Origin: Octopus vulgaris
Taxonomy: Eukaryota
DNA length: 64,000 bases
Direction: 5' to 3'
Assembly: GCA_951406725.2 (NCBI GenBank)
Contig: OX597814.1
Span: 108,252,001-108,316,000 of the forward strand
Both the position numbers and the translations under genes were made by a program. Shown here one piece after another: positions 38,472-51,587 of the stretch (positions are counted from its first letter, which is position 1; every line of letters begins with the position of its first letter). The notes beneath the pieces are model-generated. The model worked only from the letters and a program-made list of their open reading frames with translations, made no database searches and was not told the origin of the DNA.

Positions 38472-40559
38472 CTGTATGAAAATGGGAAGTGCAAGCATGG
38501 CTGTGTAGTAAGAAGCCTGCTTCCCAGCCAAATGGTTCTGGGTTCAGTCCCACTGTATGGCAACTTGGGCAAGTGTCTTCTATAGCCTTGGGCCAACCAA
38601 AGCCTTGTGAGTAGATTTGCTGAGTATATCTGCCTTTAAACCCAAAATAATATTAAGCCTGAACAGGATAAACTAACCCTATTTTGCAGAAAAAGGTCAG
38701 AGCACCATGACGTGTAATCACAGGGGTATGAGTTTGAGCCTCATAGCTGGCTGCCAATACTTTTATTCTGCAAAATAAGAGTAGTTTATCATGTTCAGGC
38801 TTAATATTATTAGCATTATCCTGCATTTGAGAATGCCTCTGATACAAACTTCCTGTTTTAACTCATTAAATCCCACTGTCCTATAAATAGGACACTAAAT
38901 AAAAACATTAAATAAGCTATATCACATTGTCTCAGTGTCCTAATTATAGGACACCGAGTATTTCCATTTCTACTTGCAGTAAAGGAGTTTTAATGATTAT
39001 TTTTTTTCATTTTAACCTATTTTCAATCATCTGTAAAATATTCAGAAGGACTTGGACCAAACAGTCACTTCTTTAACTTTCTAAGACATCTCAATGCTTC
39101 TAAAGCAAACTTTGTTTGTTTACTTTCGTAGTAATTTGAATTTATATTAAGCATCATGTGAGACAAAAACCCCTAACTTTTTAACATGTAGCAAGGGTCA
39201 CAATATTGCCATGTATAACATTAACCCTGTGGTGGGAATTTGAAAATGAATCCCTGGGTATACAGTCAGACATCTCTAGCAAACCACTATGGTTTCATGT
39301 AATTGCTCAATTAACTAACCAATCAGCACCAAGCCATTACATGATTCAATCTTATAGAATCTTCTTGTGCCCTATAAAAGGCCCCTTTTAGTAGTAATTA
39401 ATACCAGAATGTTGAGGTAGTTGAGCTTTAAGTGTCACCATTTCCTGCCACCTCAGATGGCATGCATTTTTTAACATGGTTTCCATGGCTGGGGGTTAAA
39501 AGAAATTTTGCAATAAACATTTTTTACCTTAAAAAAAAGTTGCATCCAGAAGAATCTGCAACAAAAGGTACGTTATTTGTGCAACATTATTTGCAATTTT
39601 TATGTGTTTTAAATGACCTCATCGCATTTTTTTAGTGTTTGACATTGATTAAAGACTTGGCCTATTTAATTCTTTTATAAAACTTTTTATTGTTTTTCTC
39701 TTTATTTAAAAAAAATTCTCACATAATAAGCTTTATTCTTGTTCATAGGAAGGATTTGTTGTCTGGTGGAGTTTTTTTATTTGGCAAAATTTCTCACAGA
39801 AAATTTTTCTTCAGCAAATTTTCCCATGGCAAAAATTTTTATGGTGAATTTTCTGGACACACATGGCTGGATGATGGTATCTGATGAATTTGCCTACAGC
39901 AATTCGCCTACAACCACAGACATAGACACACACACACACACACATGCAGCCGCACACACATACATACAACCATACATACACATACATACATACAACTACT
40001 CCCACACTCACACACACATACATACAACCACACACACACATAAAACCATACATACACACACATACATACAACTACTCCCACACTTACACACACATACATA
40101 CAACTACTCCCACACTCACATACACATACATACAACCACACACACACACATAAAACCATACATTCACACACATACAGCCACACACAGATAAGTTGTTGTA
40201 GCCGAATTCACCTTGAACCAGCTGGATTCCCCTCCAAACATCAACCACCTTACATGGGGTACATGGGATGCTTCTCATGTGGTACCACCATTAGTCAGGT
40301 TGCCATGCTACATGCAGACTATAAATCTCAAGAGATGTGGCTTTATACAAGGTTGCAGAGGGGTTAAAGTATGAGAGAAGGGACCAGGATGGGAAAGGCT
40401 TCTTGGTTTAAGGGAGCTACATGACAAATTAGGTTTTGGAAGAGAGGGGACGAGTGATGAAGGGGAGTTAGGAAAGGGATACAATTGATGGTGATGAGGT
40501 GTCAGGGTGGACTCCAAAGGTATGAGGTGGGTAGATATGGCAGAGTGGAAGGACCGGAA

Positions 40560-40880
40560 GCAAGGGAAGAGGGGTGACTTTAGGACTGGAAGTAAGGGAG
40601 GAGGGGTGACTTTTGGACCAGAAGCAAGGGAGGAGTGACTTTGGGACCAGAAGCAAGGGAGGAAGAGTGACTTTGGGACCAAAATCAAGGGAGGAGGGGT
40701 GACTTTGGGACCAGAAGCAAGGGAGGAGGAGTGACTTTGGGACCAAAACCAAGGGAGGAGGGGTGACTTTGGGACCAGAAGCAAAGGAGTAGGGGTGACC
40801 TTGGGACCAGAAGCAAGGGAGGAGTGACTTTGGGACCAGAAGCAAGGGAAGAGGGATGGCTTTGGGACCAGAAGCAAGTG
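40560..40880. repeat. G-rich minisatellite, about 30-bp unit GGGTGACTTTGGGACCAGAAGCAAGGGAGGA
   Basis: About 10 tandem copies. Confidence 0.9.
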
Positions 40881-41469
40881 GAAGTGACATCACGTCAAGG
40901 AGCAGGGCATTTGAATGGCCTCTTTCTTAATCAGGGTATTGAGGGGAACTGGCATGTGGAAAGGATCTCTAAGGGAGAGTAGTTTCTGGCTAGAGGTTGG
41001 GGTAGTGTACATGTGCATGTATGACCAACAAGTTTTGCTGATCTTTGTAAACCAAAGATGAATATGCTGTTCTGAGTTTGTCTTTGAGGTGAGAGTGTCC
41101 TTTTTTTTTTGCCTTTTTTTCTTCTGTAGAAGTAGACAAGGCAGCAGGTGCAGGAGTGTGGGTTATGGGAAGATGCCAGTGTGTACGAGGGTGGGGAATG
41201 AGAGCTGGGGAATGGGTTAAGCCATTTCCTCAATTCGCTAATATGAGAAGAAATAGTTTCTGTCATGGAAAGTTTGAGTGTTTAAATTACCAATGCTGCT
41301 ATGCTAATTACCATGGAACATTAATTAATCTACTTCATTTATGTCAACTAATTATTCTCTTTGAAAAGTCATCAACATATTCCACCACCTGACCACACCC
41401 ATAGTCTCTTTAACTTCTTAAAGTATGGCAACTTTTTACTAAACTTCTAAACACACACACAAACACACA

Positions 41470-42365
41470 CATATCACAGTAGCATGGTATTGACCAGACC
41501 ATCAGATGTTGTTATACACCACTGGTCACAATGCGCTTCCAGTTCTGTCTTGATTGCATCATTCTTTCCCATCTTGACCCAAATTGCTTGACTAACTTGT
41601 TTTGCCATTGTTGTAGAAGCCTTCCAAGGGCCCTTCTCTGATCTTTTGGATATCACTCAACAACTGCACAGGTCCACCTGTTGTCTGTGAACCTTACGAC
41701 ATATCTGGCCAGGTGGAACTCAGGCTTTTGGTATTCTACAATTTCATCCTTCACTCTGCTCCAATCTTGAATTTTCTCATTTCAAATCTGATCTCTTAAC
41801 CCATTCATGCCGATCATCCGTTTAAACTGACCCTTAATTTATAAGGGTATAAAACAAATACTTGATACAAATTGTGATTTGTGTATGTTCTGTATCTTAT
41901 TTCTTTACTACCCACAAGGGGCTAAACACAGAGAGGACAAACAAAGACATCAAAGAATGTAACATGCCCTTAACGTGCATGCAGTCTATATCAAACGGAT
42001 TTCAATGAAATTTCTTTTCAGTTGTTATTTTGGTCAAAATAATAGAATCTGTGAATTTTCAGGCAATTTCATTCACTAGAAAAATTTTGGCACAAATGAG
42101 TTAATGATATTCTTTGCATGGACCTTTCCATGGCCTTTTGCAGTGTAACCAATTGATGTTTTATTCCCTTTGTGAATGAGAACACAGGTAGGATGGTGTT
42201 TTTGAAGAGTCTGGCTTTGTTTGGAGTACATCTTTTATCGAGTGAAGTGCTTTCCATCCTACCCTTATCCTCTTTGACAGTTCAGCACCCATATCTCAGT
42301 ACATAGTCACTGTGTGCTCTAAATGGACATAATTCTTTACCTCTTCAATTTCAACACTTCCCCAC
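41470..42365 (-). mobile_element. Old decayed RTE LINE 3' portion
   Basis: Fragments VEIEEVKNYVHL, NTILPV, LQKAMERSMQRISL and RFTDNRWTCAVVE*YPKDQRRALGR. Confidence 0.75.
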
Positions 42366-42764
42366 AGAATAATAAAGTAATAATAAATCTCTGAGCGAGG
42401 TATACTTCATGAATAATAAAGTGTTTTATAAAAAGCATTAAATAGGCAAGTCTTTATTCAATGTCAAACACTAAAAAAACATGATGAGGTCATTTAAAAC
42501 ACATATACATTCCAAGCAATGCTGCACAAGCACTGTATCTTTTGCTGCAGGATTGTATCAAATGTCATTTTTTTTTACAGCAAATTTTCCTATGACAAAA
42601 ATGTTTATGATGAAATTTCTTATAACTGAAAGAAATGGTCTATGATGGCGGTAAAGCATTTGAAGCACAGAGAATCGACTGCTGACTTCAATCTCAGACA
42701 CTTTTCTGCCTGAAAATGCTTATAATATCTGCAGTCGGGTCTGTTTGTTCAAAGTCGGACTTAC

Positions 42765-42811
42765 AAGTCATATGACATCTCATGATGTCGTCTATAAGAG
42801 ATAGCTTCATT
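42765..42811 (-). other. Candidate 47-nt exon of a transcript divergent from CFAP90
   Basis: CATCTTTTCAG| acceptor and |GTAAGT donor; contains ATG TCA TAT GAC TT. Confidence 0.4.
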
Positions 42812-44119
42812 CTGAAAAGATGTTTATCACCATATATGTGTGTATATATATAAGGTTTTCTGAAAATGATAAGCACAATAGACTAATGTCCTAGCAGGGT
42901 TAGGGGATTAGTCTTCAGTTTGATGAAGGGCACAAGTTAAACACTGAAATGTAATTGACTTACATAACTGACACCTATATAATTGACAGGGCCATAGTTC
43001 TAATTATCTTATCTATGTGTGGATTTAGGTAAAGTGGATGTGTGGGTGTGTGTATGCATGTGTGTGCGTATGTGTGTGGCGTGCAAAGCGAGAGGAATAG
43101 AGAGAGAACAAGAAGAAGAGTAAAGAGGAAGGAGAGCCGAAAGAGTTGGTAGAAAGAAGAGCAAAAAGGATTGAGAGCAGAGAGGAAGGAGGCCAATGAG
43201 GAAGGAGAGCTGGGAGAAAATAGAGCTTATAGGAAGGAGAGCTGAAAAGTGGAAAGAAAAAGGGCTGAGAGGAAGAAGTGCTAGGTGGAAGGAGAGCTAG
43301 ACAGAAAGAGAGTAGGGATGGAGTTAAGGCTGGGTTTGGAGGAGAGAAAGAGATGAAGAATAATTGATGTTTCTGTGAATCGGTTAAGACACAATTCTTC
43401 AGACTGAAGCTGGTGCAGCAGAAATAAGCAGCAGACATAAGCAGTGAAGGATGAGATTTGGGGCTGGGGAGGATCAGGAATTTCCATAGAACAGGGAAGA
43501 GGGTGATGTCTGTGTTGGGTCAAAGTCTATGAATATTTAAGACGACAAACAGAGAAATGTCCAGTAAATTTAGCTGAAATATGTAAGGAAGTGCAGAAGG
43601 TCTGAGGTAATGATAACATATTGTCAAGAACCACGACCAAATGCTTTGAAGAGAATGAACTCTTCAAAAGACACCAATTGGGGAGCTGATAGTATTAAAC
43701 AGGTTGTGTATATATGGGTGTATATGTGTGCGTTATTTGTTGGAAATGTAAAATGTATAGATTGGTTTCCTTTTCCCAAAAAATCTTATGTAGTTTTTCA
43801 AAGCCATAATTTTATTTTATTTCCATTTATGAATTTGTATTGTAAGATTCCTAATGTGAAACCGTGTGTTGAAACAAATATTATCACATTTCAGGACGGT
43901 CACTTTTTTTTTTTTTACCAAATAAATACATTCACCATATATTCGTTCTTCAGTCTTCTTTACAGTTCTTATTTTATCTTATATCCATTATCTGGACACA
44001 TGTGGTTGGAAAGGGTTGCTGAAGAGCTCAGAGAGTAAAAGAGTAAAATTAAAAGAGACCCGAAATATAACAATATATTTTATTTAAATTTCTTTGAAAA
44101 GAAAAATGGACAAAAAACA

Positions 44120-44480
44120 AGTATCACGTATATCGCTTGAAGATTAATAGCTACGCTTTTGTACATCCATAGTTGAAAAACTACGTAACGTGACGAAATA
44201 ATAGCGATCGACAGGTTCGTCGTAAGACTCGGATCTTCAGGACACGTAAATATCTGAACTATGACCCAGACAATTTCCGTAAAAACAACCACAGATGAAT
44301 TCCTTTTAACAGGGAAACCGTGTGAGCTGTCAGGCTATTTTTTCTTGCCACCTTTAACGAAGTTGCCCCCTCAAAGGACATTTTATAACAACGCCAATGT
44401 AATTCGTGTAAGTAATTCTCCGTCGATCGTTTGTCAATGGTTGTTAATGGTTACGGCGATGATGCGAACCACTCGAACGA
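44120..44480. promoter_or_regulatory. CpG-rich promoter region of the CFAP90-like gene with an X-box-like site at 44440-44454
   Basis: High local CpG density; GTTGTTAATGGTTAC (reverse complement GTAACCATTAACAAC) is one mismatch from the RFX consensus. Confidence 0.55.
44261..44407 (+). CDS. CFAP90: Cilia- and flagella-associated protein 90 (C5orf49)-like, coding exon 1: [49 protein letters not shown]
   Basis: ATG, 49 open codons, phase-0 donor CGT|GTAAGT; LSGYFFLPP...PPQRTFY resembles the recalled CFAP90 segment SAFSYIPP...PKEHSYY. Confidence 0.75.
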
Positions 44481-44557
44481 TTTTACATGGCTTTTTCATT
44501 TTCCAACCAACAACAATCAATTGTTTTGTTAGCATCAGTAGTTTCCTGTTTACATAT

Positions 44558-44560
<3 letters not shown>

Positions 44561-44641
<81 letters not shown>

Positions 44642-44798
44642 TCAGTGGATCATATATCCGAAAAACAAGCACATCTACCAACTCCGACACAAATATGTGT
44701 GTGCATGTATACATGTATGTATGTATATATGTATGTATGTATCTATGTATGTATATGTATGAATGTATGTATGTGTGTGTATGAATGTATGTATGTAG

Positions 44799-44879
<81 letters not shown>

Positions 44880-44895
44880 GTATATATATATGTAT
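44561..44895. repeat. (TG)n, (TATG)n and (TA)n microsatellites in intron 1
   Basis: Pure (TG) run at 44561-44640 and pure (TA) run at 44801-44872. Confidence 0.95.
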
Positions 44896-45473
44896 GTATA
44901 CACACACGCGCGCACACGTACGTTTCTGTGTACATTATTTGTTATGTATATATATATTTGTTAATATTTATTTCTCTTTCTCTCTCTGTTTGTTGTCTGT
45001 CTGTCTGTCTGTCTCTCTGTATTGTAATCCTTGTCAATAAGTTCAACAAACAATATCGGTATCTTCTACAAGGACGTTGCGTTAGGACAAAACTACACCA
45101 GATTGAATGCTTCATTTCGTCCTTCGGGGTTACGAGTTCAAATTCCGCTGTGCAGGGTCGGACCCAAGGAGCTGGGTGCTGAGAGGCATGTGCCACCTCC
45201 TCCAAGAACAGGAGTGCACCCTTCTAAATAACGTTATTACGCCCTTTTCTTCTGGAATTGTATTCCCTTCTGACCTTGTGCCTTCCTTTCGAAAAATTCC
45301 CGGGACCGCACCTGCTGGGGTCGTCTTGAAGAACGTGATTGGGAAAATGTGAGTTTGTGATAGTCATGCCGTTTCCTAAAAGCATTAGTGACATTCATAG
45401 AACGATATGACGTGTTGGAATTAATCCTGTGGTCTGATATTTTTGAAGCGCATGTCTGAAAATCTGGTATTTA

Positions 45474-45865
45474 TCTCTCTCTATATAAAGCCGAAGTTGT
45501 CTGTGTATGGCAGGTTTGGTAGCCTTCAACTAACACTATCTCCTCCAAGACCCTACGGCGCAAGTTGACCACATTTGGGAGTATGATAGAAGAAGGCTTG
45601 CTCTTCCTTCCGTAGAAGAAAAAATTCAAATCGGACCATGTTAACACCAAAACCTATTTACATGAAAAAGGTGCTTTTTTTCTACGAAAATCCCTATTTT
45701 TAACGATTTTTTGACTGCTGTGTCGCCATTTTTCGGTGTATTTCAACCAGAAAAATTTTCACTTAAAGAGAATAACAAGCTACATTATGCAAAATTTTTA
45801 CTTTTCAAAATTTCCAATTCTAAAGGGGCGAAACAAACCCGAGCAACGCCGGGCGATACTGCTAG
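45474..45865 (+). mobile_element. Complete non-autonomous Helitron
   Basis: A|TC 5' end, subterminal hairpin CCCGAGCAACGCCGGG, CTAG|T 3' end, no TSD. Confidence 0.85.
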
Positions 45866-46252
45866 TTTAAGTCTAAAGAGAATCCGTTTGTTTGATTCCC
45901 CTTTGGATCCTTCTAGAACTGTGGGAAAACTTTAACTCGAGGCTAAATGTTTATGAAACATTAGCCTATTGTTCGGCGATTTTGATTACACACTCCTCAT
46001 CATCGTATCGATCATAATCAGACTTCATTGGTAATTAGTTTTCATTGATCTCTCTCTTCCTTTACAAGTTCACGATTGATGAAAGAGCGACAGATTCATG
46101 TTCCACAACATCGATGCCTGTCATTGCAGGACTTCCTTGCTTTCTCTTTCCCTGTGTGGGTCCCCATATTAGCGGTTGAGGAATTAATTCTACTTCTTTT
46201 GGAGTTTCCAATAAAATTTATTCAGTTTTGATTAATATATCAATATTAATAT

Positions 46253-46469
46253 ACTCTTTACTCTTTTACTTGTTTCAGTCATGTGACTGTGGTCATGCTG
46301 GAGCACTGCCTTTGGTCGAGCAAATCGACCCCAGGACTTATTCTTTGTAAGCCTAGTACTTATTCTATCGGTCACTTTTGTCGAACCGCTAAGTTACGGG
46401 GACGTAAACATACCAGCATCGGTTGTCAAGTGATGTTGGGGTGGGACAAACACAGATACACATACATAC

Positions 46470-46526
<57 letters not shown>

Positions 46527-46690
46527 TACGATAGGTTTCTTTCAGTTACCATCTACCAAATCCACTCACAAGGCTTTGGTCGGCCTGGGGATATAGTAGA
46601 AGACACTTGCCCAAGGTGCCATGCAGTGAGACTGAACCTGGAACTATGTGGCTTGTAAGCACACTACTTACCACACAGCTACTCCTACAA
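46253..46690 (-). mobile_element. Family A SINE
   Basis: Full length, with an internal (TA)n. Confidence 0.85.
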
Positions 46691-46709
46691 CTATGGTGAG
46701 GTGTATACT

Positions 46710-47470
46710 AACTTGTAATTAATGATTATCAACAGTAGTAAAATATATTGACTCGTAGCTAACTGTTAGCAACAGTAGTGAAATCTACCAACCTGCAGTT
46801 AACCATTAGCAGCAGTAGAGAAAAAAACTATACCAGTCTTTAGGTAAGTCATTAAGGAATATACCAACCTGTAGTTATCCAATAGCTACAACAAGTGGAG
46901 GCGTAATGGCCCAGTGGTTAGGGCAGCGGACTCGCGGTCTGAGGATCATGGTTTCAACTCCCAGATCGGGCGTTGTGTGTGTTTTTTGAGCGAAAACACC
47001 TTAAGCTCCACGGGGCTCCGGCAGGGGGTGGGGGTGTCGACCCCAGTTGTACTCTTTCGCCCCAACTTTCTCTCACTCTTTCTTCCTGTTTCTTGTCCCC
47101 GACATCCTACGCAACTGCTGAGCCTGGATGCGCATTCATCCATCCATCGATGCTCTCAGTGTCGGAGGTTGACCTGCTTTCTCTTCTGCGGGTCTTACGA
47201 ATAGCAAAAGGACCATGTTTCGGACCGCCCAACAGCAACAGCAACAACAGGGAAATATGCCAGATTGTAGTTAACCATTAGCAGCGGTGGAAAAGTATAC
47301 CAGCCAGTAGTTAGTAACAGAAAGGAAATCTACCAATTTGTGGTTAACCACTGGTAACAGTAGGGAAACTATACTAGCCTATAGTTTAACCATTTGTTTG
47401 TAACAGAAGGAAAGTAATATACCAGCTTGTAATTAATTAGCAACATTAGGGGAAATTGATCAACCTGTAG
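46710..47470. repeat. Degenerate minisatellite of about 38 bp (GTAGTTAACCATTAGCAACAGTAGGGAAATATACCAACCT), interrupted by a SINE
   Basis: Units are present on both sides of 46897-47250. Confidence 0.7.
46897..47250 (+). mobile_element. tRNA-derived SINE (a fourth family) with an AAC/AGC-rich tail
   Basis: A-box TGGCCCAGTGG and B-box-like GGTTTCAACTCC, followed by a non-tRNA body and simple tail. Confidence 0.75.
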
Positions 47471-47574
47471 CTCATCATCAGCTGACTCAAGAATTACAGT
47501 GAGTCGGCAAACTGGGTGATGTAGTAAGGTTTGTAGTCCCTTTACATCACAACCAGTTTTTGTTTTAGTTTTCA

Positions 47575-47969
47575 TGTAGGAGTGGCTGTGTGGTAAGTAG
47601 CTTGCTTACCAACCACATGGTTCCAGGTTCAGTCCCACTGTGTGGCACCTTGGGCAAGTGTCTTCTGCTATAGCCTCGGGCTGACCAAAGCCTTGTGAGT
47701 GGATTTGGTAGACGGAAACTGAAAGAAGCCCGTCGTGTATATGTCTATATGTGTGTGTGTGTTTGTGTGTCTATTTGTCCCCCCAATATCGCTTGACAGC
47801 CAATGCTGGTGTGTTTACGTCCCGTAACTTAGCAGTTCGGCAAAAGAGACCGATAGAATAAGTACTAGGCTTACAAAGAATAAGTCTTGTGGTCGATTTG
47901 CTTGACTAAAGGTGGTGCTCCAGCATGGCCACAGTCAAATGACTGAAACAGGTAAAAGAGTAAAAGAGT
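47575..47969 (+). mobile_element. Family A SINE
   Basis: Full length; inverted relative to 46253-46690. Confidence 0.9.
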
Positions 47970-49718
47970 CCATTGTACTATGCCAGTACGGGTTACATGA
48001 ATATTGATGCATTGTTTTATAGAGAGATGCAGTTCCTGTTGCTAACCCTTACTTCTTTATCAAGTAAGGGACCTTAAAGATACAAAGCCTGTGGACAAGC
48101 TATTGACATGATCAAGTTGATGTGGAACAAGACAGGTGATGTGCTGGGTGTGACAGACAATCAATGAACTTCAGGATCAACCCATTGGATCTCTAGAAAC
48201 TACTTATGGAACTACAAAATGATCTTGAGAAATTCAGACCAAGATGATGGAGAGAAACACAAGACCAGAATAAGTGGAAAGGCCTATGTCTAACAAAAGA
48301 CACAAGATAATGTTTCAAACCAAGGCCATTGGAACTGTGGTTCTCAACCATTCTTCACCTATGGATCCTTTTGACTCCTATATTATTTGGGTGGACCTTC
48401 ATAGCCATTTAATGTTTAAAAAAAAATCCTCTTATATTTTTATAATTAGGCATTCTGCCAGTGAGTTGGTAGAATTGGAAGAGCATTGGACAAAAGAACC
48501 GCGTGATATTTCTTTAAGGTGGAAACATGGCAGAAGTGGCATTTCATCTGACTTTATGTTCTGAATTCAATTTCGGCTGAGGTTGATTTTGTCTTTCATT
48601 TGGTGTTAGGAAGGGCATCCAGCTGTAGAAACCTTGCCAGATCAGATTGGAGCCTGGTGCAGCTTCCTGGATTGCCAATCTCCAGTCAAACTGTCCAACC
48701 CATGCCAGCATAGAAAACAGACGTTAAACGATGATGATGATGATGATGATGATTTGGGGTCAATAAAATAAGTACCAGTTGAGCACTGTGGTCAATGTAA
48801 TCAACTTGACCCCCCCCTCTTCCGAAATTGCTGGCCTTGTGCCAAAATTTGAAACCAATATTATCAGCCTTCTTAAGGAGGCAAGCTAGCAGAATTGTTA
48901 GCATGCTGGACAAAACACCAAGCAGCATTTCATCTGTCTTTACGTTCTGAGTTCAAATTCTGCCAAGGTTGACTTTGCCTTTCATCCTTTCGGGGTCGAT
49001 AGAATAAGTGCCATAACTGACTTATTTCCTGTCCAGAATTGCCAACCTTGTGTCAACATTTAAAACCAATATTATCCTCAACCTTCAGTTTACGGGAAAT
49101 ATACCTATGCAGAGTGTTTGCCTCCCAGGTCATTTCTGAGCTATGCTAACCCTGCACTTCTGGGTTCCCCCTGGGAATGGAAGCAGGAAGTGGGTATTTC
49201 TTGAAGAGGAATTCACTACTGACCCCAAAAATGTTGTTCTCTTCTCTTTTGAGCGTTTGATTGATGTGTTTCTTTCTGCTGTTGTCTTAGTGATATCATC
49301 CAACACTTAAAGACTGTCTGTACCTCTTCCTTTCTTTCTTCTTTTAAGAAAGACTCTGTTGATGTCTGTATGTAAGTATGTGTGTGTAAGGTATATGCAT
49401 GTTCTCTTTCTCTTTTTAATGTTGAATAAATTTTGATTGGCTGCCTAGTTCATGGCATGGTTGTGAAGGAAAGCATCTTGTTTTAACCATCATCCTTTAA
49501 ATCTTAAGAAGGTCTCCCAGACGTTTTATAGACCCAGGTATCATGATCCTTTGTAGCATATGACTTAAGGATTTGCATTCTCTCTCCAAAATGCCAAGTT
49601 CAGCCAGACTTTGCTCCAGACCGGTCGGTATGTATCCTGCTGCCCCAATAATAATAATAATAATAACAACATTGAAAAATATTTTAGGAATGAGAACCCA
49701 GGTTTGAAATTTCCCCAA

Positions 49719-49764
49719 GACACCTGATGAAGGCTGGAGGGTATATCAGCTGAAATGTTGTGTT
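49719..49764 (+). ncRNA. Minimal type I hammerhead ribozyme (Penelope-type), probably mutated, within a ~170-bp insert (49650-49820)
   Basis: GACAC-CTGATGA-A-GGCTG(loop)CAGCT-GAAA-TG-TT-GTGTT: stem I, catalytic core boxes, stem II and a vestigial stem III. Confidence 0.65.
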
Positions 49765-49980
49765 AAAAACAAACAAGATGAGGACAAATATCTGTCAAAT
49801 ACAAGTAATGTAAATAATGAACAAAGAATTTAGTAAAGTAACTTAGTTATCGTTCAGCTAGTGTTAGGAACATAAATTGTGCCTAAGGTTTGGTGGAAGA
49901 TTTTAATTCAAAACTTGTGAAAACAAGACATTTGTACTACAGAGCCAGACCCAGTTTCAGCTATGTTGGTAATGAAAGGG

Positions 49981-50318
49981 TTAAGAAGGTCTTCCAGACT
50001 TTTTATAGACCCAGATATCATGATCCTTTGTAGCATATGAATTAAGGATTTGCATTCTCTCTCCAAGATGCCAAGTTCAGCCAGACTTTGCTCCAGATGG
50101 GTCGGTACGTATCCTGTTGCTCCAGTAATAATGGGTGTGAAGCTGAAAGTGTATCTTGGGTCCTGGATTTGAAAGCTTCTTTTCAATGGTTCAGAGATGT
50201 CCACTTTCTCTTGTATTTTTCTAACCACGTTCATATCCAGAGGGCAGCTGATTTCCCCAACAGAAAATATCTTTTCCTTGTGGTCCCACACAATGATATC
50301 TGGCCAGTTGTGTTTCAA
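49981..50318 (-). mobile_element. RLE-type (R4/NeSL-like) LINE endonuclease fragment; its last ~150 bp are duplicated at 49504-49654
   Basis: KHNWPDIIVWD...EISCPLDMNV..K..EK...PIITGATG matches the (R)PD..E..P RLE signature. Confidence 0.75.
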
Positions 50319-51587
50319 GTTGGTGGCTGTATGTGTGTGTATGTGTGGGTGTGAGTGTGTGTGTGAGTGTGTAAACGTAGAAAATAAACATTAAATGATG
50401 ATGATGTATGTTTATGTATGTATCTATGTGTATGTATGTGTGTATGTATGTATCTGTGTATGTGTGTATGTATGTATGTATTTATGTATGTATGCATGTA
50501 TGTGTGTATGAATGTATGTATGTATGCATGTATATATGTATGTATGTATGTGTGTATATGTGTGTGCATGTGTGTATGTATGTAGGAGTCTCTTCATAGT
50601 TGTTTAATTTGCTAAAAAATAAGAGCAGAATTTGTGTCAAATCCCATCCTTCTATCTTTAGAAAAAACAGGGCACACTGAGCAATATAGTCCTAGATACA
50701 CTGTGTTTGAATAAATTTTTATTCATAATTAGATGCAGATAAGGCTCTGTAATTAATTAAGAAGTTTGCTTACCAACCAAATGGTTCTTTCTGAGTTCAG
50801 TTCCACTGCATGGCATGTTGGGTAAGTGTCTTCTGCTATAGGTTTCTGAGTGGAATTGGTAGATGGAAACTGAACGAAGCCCATCATATATATATATATG
50901 CATGTCTTAATATTTGTTTCTATGTCAAGTTGTAATAAAAAAATAAATTCAACCTTAAACTGAAGAATAACGGAATGGTTTTTCTTGTGGAGTACAAGTT
51001 TATTAAACTTTTGCAAAAGGTGAGAAAGTTTTGGCTTACTTGCCTTTGTCAATCTGGACATTATGTGACAGTTGTAAATGAGTGTCACCGTCATCCAAGT
51101 GGTGTCGTTCATTTTCCAATCTGCCATGTAAACGTGTCTGGCCATGAAGCAATATCATTTTGCTTGGAAACTGGTGAGGAGTGGTAACAGGAGGGGCATC
51201 AGATTGTAGAAAATCTGATGCAACAAATTTCATCTCGCTCATAAAAGCATGGAAAAGTGGATGTAAAAACAATGATGATGATGATTATGATGGCTATGAT
51301 GATGATGGTGATGATGATGATGATGGTGATGATATAGATGATGATGATAGTGATGATGATGGTGATGATGATGACGACGATGACGATGATGGATGATGAT
51401 GATGGATGATGATGATGATGATGAAGATGATGGTGATGGTGATGATGATGATGAATTACTGTAATCCTAGATGTGTTTCTTGCCATGTGGTAACCATGTA
51501 TCCTTATGAATCACTATAATGTTCAAGAGAGAGTTACTCCCCTTGTCAGACTGACAATTAGCAAATTTTTTTCCCGTTCTATTCCAG

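Noticed and set aside
44408-45040. Remainder of the 259-aa ORF 44261-45040
   Set aside because: Read-through past the GTAAGT donor into intronic (TG)n/(TA)n.
46897-46975. tRNA-like sequence (also at ~21030-21089, ~26360-26427 and ~58365-58435)
   Set aside because: No closed acceptor stem; each continues into a SINE body and tail.
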